Part shown: piece after piece, positions 40,881-43,383 of the stretch
Layout: every line of letters starts with the position of its first letter
Position numbering within the stretch: position 1 is the stretch's first letter
DNA from: an uncultured bacterium
GTDB lineage: Bacteria; Muiribacteriota; Ozemobacteria; Ozemobacterales; Ozemobacteraceae
DNA length: 43,383 nucleotides
Direction: 5' to 3'
Assembly (NCBI GenBank): GCA_964522035.1
Contig: CAZFUG010000002.1
Coordinates: forward strand, 22,265-65,647
The notes under the pieces: generated by a model
Database searches by the model: none
What the model was told of the DNA's origin: nothing
Seen by the model: the letters and a program-made list of their open reading frames with translations, nothing else
Position numbers and translations under genes: made by a program

Positions 40881-43383
40881 TTACGGAAACAATTCTTTTA
40901 AAAGCAATTCCGAGTCTTTCCATTTCGGTTTCTTGCCATCTTTGTAGAAATACCCCGTAAATTGGGGGAAGTTGTTCTCAACCATCTCGAATTTACCTGG
41001 GCTGTCGCTCATTTTGAGTTCTATTAACAGTGCTTCCTGGCCGGCCCGGCTTCCTTCTTTTGCCATAATATCCATGAATCCGAGCTTGTTAAATTTCATG
41101 TCGGTTACGATGTATCTGGTAGCCCATTGGTCATTGGCCATGCCGGCGTTCTGCAGAAACCCTTTCAGGGTCATTCCCGGCAATTGTGCCTCTATGCGGT
41201 AATTTCCATCTTTGTCAGGAACATCGATTGCCAGACTGGATGATTGATATGACTTCCCGCCGGCAGCACCAGACGCTTTCTCTTCTGCTTCTTTTACAGC
41301 ATTGCTGTTGCCGCCACTTTGGGCCATGTAGGCAAAACTCATGTTTGCGACCTGTTCAAGGGCAGCATCTTTGGCTTTTTTAAGGGTGTCAGGTAATGAA
41401 GCGTCGAATGCGCATTTTCCGACATATCTGCCCGCAAGCAGATCGTCGACCGGGTAGTATAAAGCTTTTGTGCTTTCCGGGCCGGTGACATCAGAGTTCT
41501 CTCCACCTGTGGCCGCTATTTCCCGGTAATAAATTTCGTATGGCACTTTGCAAAGTCTCGGGTCTGTGCTGATTTTTTCGAAGTCAGGAAGCGCCAGTGT
41601 ATAGCCTGAGCCGCCTCTGGTGACGTTGTGAACAGCCGGTTCTGCAGAATCAGGTGCTTTTATGTAGATTCTGTATCCTTTTACAAGGTTGTTTCTGGCC
41701 AGAATCCCTTCTGTGATAACCACCGAAACTTTGCCGCCATCAAGCTTTTCAACAACCGGAATTTCGGGCTGGCACATCAGAGCAATCTGAGATTTCCCGG
41801 AAGCCGAGAACAGCCAGGACTTCTCAAGCATGGGGGAAATTCTCTGAAGCGTTATCCTGCTGGCGTCTGCCGCATCGATGGCGACCCCGCCGTAGTTGTA
41901 GTCCTGCCAGTTTTTATTGCCGTCGGTTGAAAAACGCAGTTTTATGCTCTGCTTTTTGAGAGCCTCGTCATTTATCAGAAGCTTCATGTCCTTGGGAATA
42001 CTGCCCTTGGGGATCTGAACGTCTATGAACCTGAATTCACAGGAAAGGGGCTTTTCGACCGGGTAATCCCATTCGTAAATTGGTGACTGAGGACTTATTT
42101 GGGGTGAGATATCCTTGAAAAGATTTTCCTTGCCGACATTTCTCGCTTCGTCAGCCTCTTCGCCCTTAATACTGACGGCCATTACGGCAGAATTGTCGCT
42201 GCAATACTGAATAAAAGCCTGTGAAAAGTCGCCCGGTTTCATGTCGACGGACTGGCAAAGTGCTTTGTTTGTAGAAAATGAGTGCGTGCTGCCAAATGCG
42301 TCCATCAGTTTCCTGACGTATTTTTCCTTGTCGGTCGCATGGTGGTCTCTCAAAAATTCCAGAAAATGCGACATGGTATAGCCGTGGTGGCGCTGTATGA
42401 TTTCTGCGTCGTTATCTTCCATGGGGTTCGAGAGGGTAATATAGTAATCCCGGTCTGTATTGCCGGCCTTTTTACTGATTCTTGCCTTTCCTGGCAGGTT
42501 GGGATCAGAAAAATATTTTGTCGCTTCGTATTCAACTAGAACAGCGGTGGCTTCTAAAAAAGTCAGATAATACGGTGACTGTAATCCCTGCAGATAATAA
42601 TAATCCTCCTGCAGAACGTGAAACAGTTCATGGGTCAGGTTCAGGTATAACTCGTCATTATCTCGAATATTTTCGGCATTGATATCCACGTAAGGCAGCA
42701 CGGGCCCTCTCTGGTTAACAGACATCGCAACGGCCTTGGGATCAGAGGAATGCGGCCATGTTTCTTTTGTGCGGATGACGATGTCGATGCCGAGAACATT
42801 TTTGGGCGGCAGGCCTTTTACATTGGTAAAAAACGCGTGGACGTCCTTGAGGGCTTTTTCGGTCTGCCTGACTTCATAAGGCGGGAACCCGGACGAATTT
42901 AAAAGCTTGCTGGTCCACTCCCTGATTTCTTTGAAATCCTCGGCAAGTCCCGGATTACGCAGATAATCTGAAATGGTTTTCACATAATTATCGTCACCGA
43001 GCAGACTTGCGTCGTTCATTTTTTGCTTGAACGCTCTCTCGTGGCTTGCCAACCTGGCTTTGATTTTTTTAATCAGTTCCCTGTTGTCGGTCTTGAGATC
43101 TTCAGGCCAGAGAAGCCTGTAGGTCGTTCCATCTTCCATGACGCTGTTTATGGCGACATAGGCTGTTGTTCCTTTACTGTAAATACCCGTGACGTAATAT
43201 AGTGCCGACAGCCCCGTTGGAACCCCGACAATGACGAAGACACTGTTTTTGGTTGTGAACAGCCTGAGTTTGTCGCCGTCCAGTTTTGCGGTAATCGGTA
43301 TTTTCAGCTCATCGTTCTCGACCCGGTAAACTCTCAGATTTTGCCATTCTTCCTGAGGTATTCCCACTTCTTTCAGTTCGAAA
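40881..43383 (-). CDS. Large (>833 aa) uncharacterised protein with a gluzincin-like HExxH...E metallopeptidase motif (N-terminus probably beyond the window)
   Basis: The track gives 40881..43367 with a GTG start, but the frame stays open to the window edge (..FELKE upstream). HELFH at 42618-42632, with LEATAVLVEYE 22 aa downstream (peptidase-MA-like). No signal peptide is visible in the part present. GC is noticeably lower than its neighbours by eye. Confidence 0.7.
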   Translation of the reverse strand, partial: FELKEVGIPQEEWQNLRVYRVENDELKIPITAKLDGDKLRLFTTKNSVFVIVGVPTGLSALYYVTGIYSKGTTAYVAINSVMEDGTTYRLLWPEDLKTDNRELIKKIKARLASHERAFKQKMNDASLLGDDNYVKTISDYLRNPGLAEDFKEIREWTSKLLNSSGFPPYEVRQTEKALKDVHAFFTNVKGLPPKNVLGIDIVIRTKETWPHSSDPKAVAMSVNQRGPVLPYVDINAENIRDNDELYLNLTHELFHVLQEDYYYLQGLQSPYYLTFLEATAVLVEYEATKYFSDPNLPGKARISKKAGNTDRDYYITLSNPMEDNDAEIIQRHHGYTMSHFLEFLRDHHATDKEKYVRKLMDAFGSTHSFSTNKALCQSVDMKPGDFSQAFIQYCSDNSAVMAVSIKGEEADEARNVGKENLFKDISPQISPQSPIYEWDYPVEKPLSCEFRFIDVQIPKGSIPKDMKLLINDEALKKQSIKLRFSTDGNKNWQDYNYGGVAIDAADASRITLQRISPMLEKSWLFSASGKSQIALMCQPEIPVVEKLDGGKVSVVITEGILARNNLVKGYRIYIKAPDSAEPAVHNVTRGGSGYTLALPDFEKISTDPRLCKVPYEIYYREIAATGGENSDVTGPESTKALYYPVDDLLAGRYVGKCAFDASLPDTLKKAKDAALEQVANMSFAYMAQSGGNSNAVKEAEEKASGAAGGKSYQSSSLAIDVPDKDGNYRIEAQLPGMTLKGFLQNAGMANDQWATRYIVTDMKFNKLGFMDIMAKEGSRAGQEALLIELKMSDSPGKFEMVENNFPQFTGYFYKDGKKPKWKDSELLLKELFP

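Noticed and set aside
1-43383. tRNA, rRNA, CRISPR arrays, integrases, transposases, prophage or recognised defence-system genes
   Set aside because: None were recognised. All intergenic gaps are 270 bp or shorter. The longest (18132-18382, 19898-20163, 25309-25498, 31976-32182) show only hairpins, REP-like fragments or promoter-like motifs, and none folds into a tRNA cloverleaf by eye.

Overview
This 43.4-kb window looks like ordinary chromosome. GC is roughly 50% by eye. I found no rRNA, tRNA, CRISPR array, transposase or integrase. I can support about 40 protein genes, and most are tightly packed.

Layout:
- (i) 1-1566: two tandem paralogous surface-lipoprotein genes. The first is missing from the ORF track and is cut by the window edge.
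- (ii) 13305->1754, minus strand: a roughly 11.5-kb run of 12 genes that looks like one operon. In order it encodes an RDD membrane protein, two TlpA/ResA-type thioredoxins, a parvulin PPIase, a HAMP-only membrane protein, a 10-CxxCH multiheme cytochrome c, HemX, SirC, HemA, a single-ORF HemC-CobA-HemD fusion, a NirJ/Ahb-type radical SAM enzyme and a small membrane protein. This is the siroheme-dependent (alternative) heme route.
- (iii) 13413-18131: a metallophosphoesterase, then DppABC-type peptide ABC genes with no ATPase genes, then a C26 gamma-glutamyl peptidase.
- (iv) 18995-23917: a UbiA-type decaprenyl-phosphate phosphoribosyltransferase-like gene, then a translationally coupled trio of a Cys-less radical-SAM-like protein, aroQ and a long U32 protein.
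- (v) 23957-33979: Usp, a TolB-like propeller, a LysM/KAE-repeat protein, a PLDc_N protein, an alpha/beta-hydrolase with a Ser->Gly nucleophile elbow, ddl, an orphan TAXI receptor, thiT-like, rpmB and a Big_5 lipoprotein.
- (vi) 34027-40316: an envelope-glycan cluster with a WbaP-like phosphotransferase, a bPH membrane protein, a YbjN-like acidic protein, an ArnT-like GT-C, a GT9 and DJ-1.
- (vii) 40427-43383: a lower-GC segment with a zinc-ribbon protein and a protein of more than 830 aa carrying HExxH.

I see no recognisable defence or mobile system. The most unusual items:
- the combined heme-synthesis, cytochrome-maturation and decaheme-cytochrome operon;
- the HemC-CobA-HemD triple fusion, whose linker looks like a translated former intergenic spacer carrying a REP-like palindrome;
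- the degenerate rSAM/aroQ/U32 trio;
- the uncharacterised HExxH giant with its zinc-ribbon neighbour.

All functional calls come from motif recognition by eye, not from database searches.
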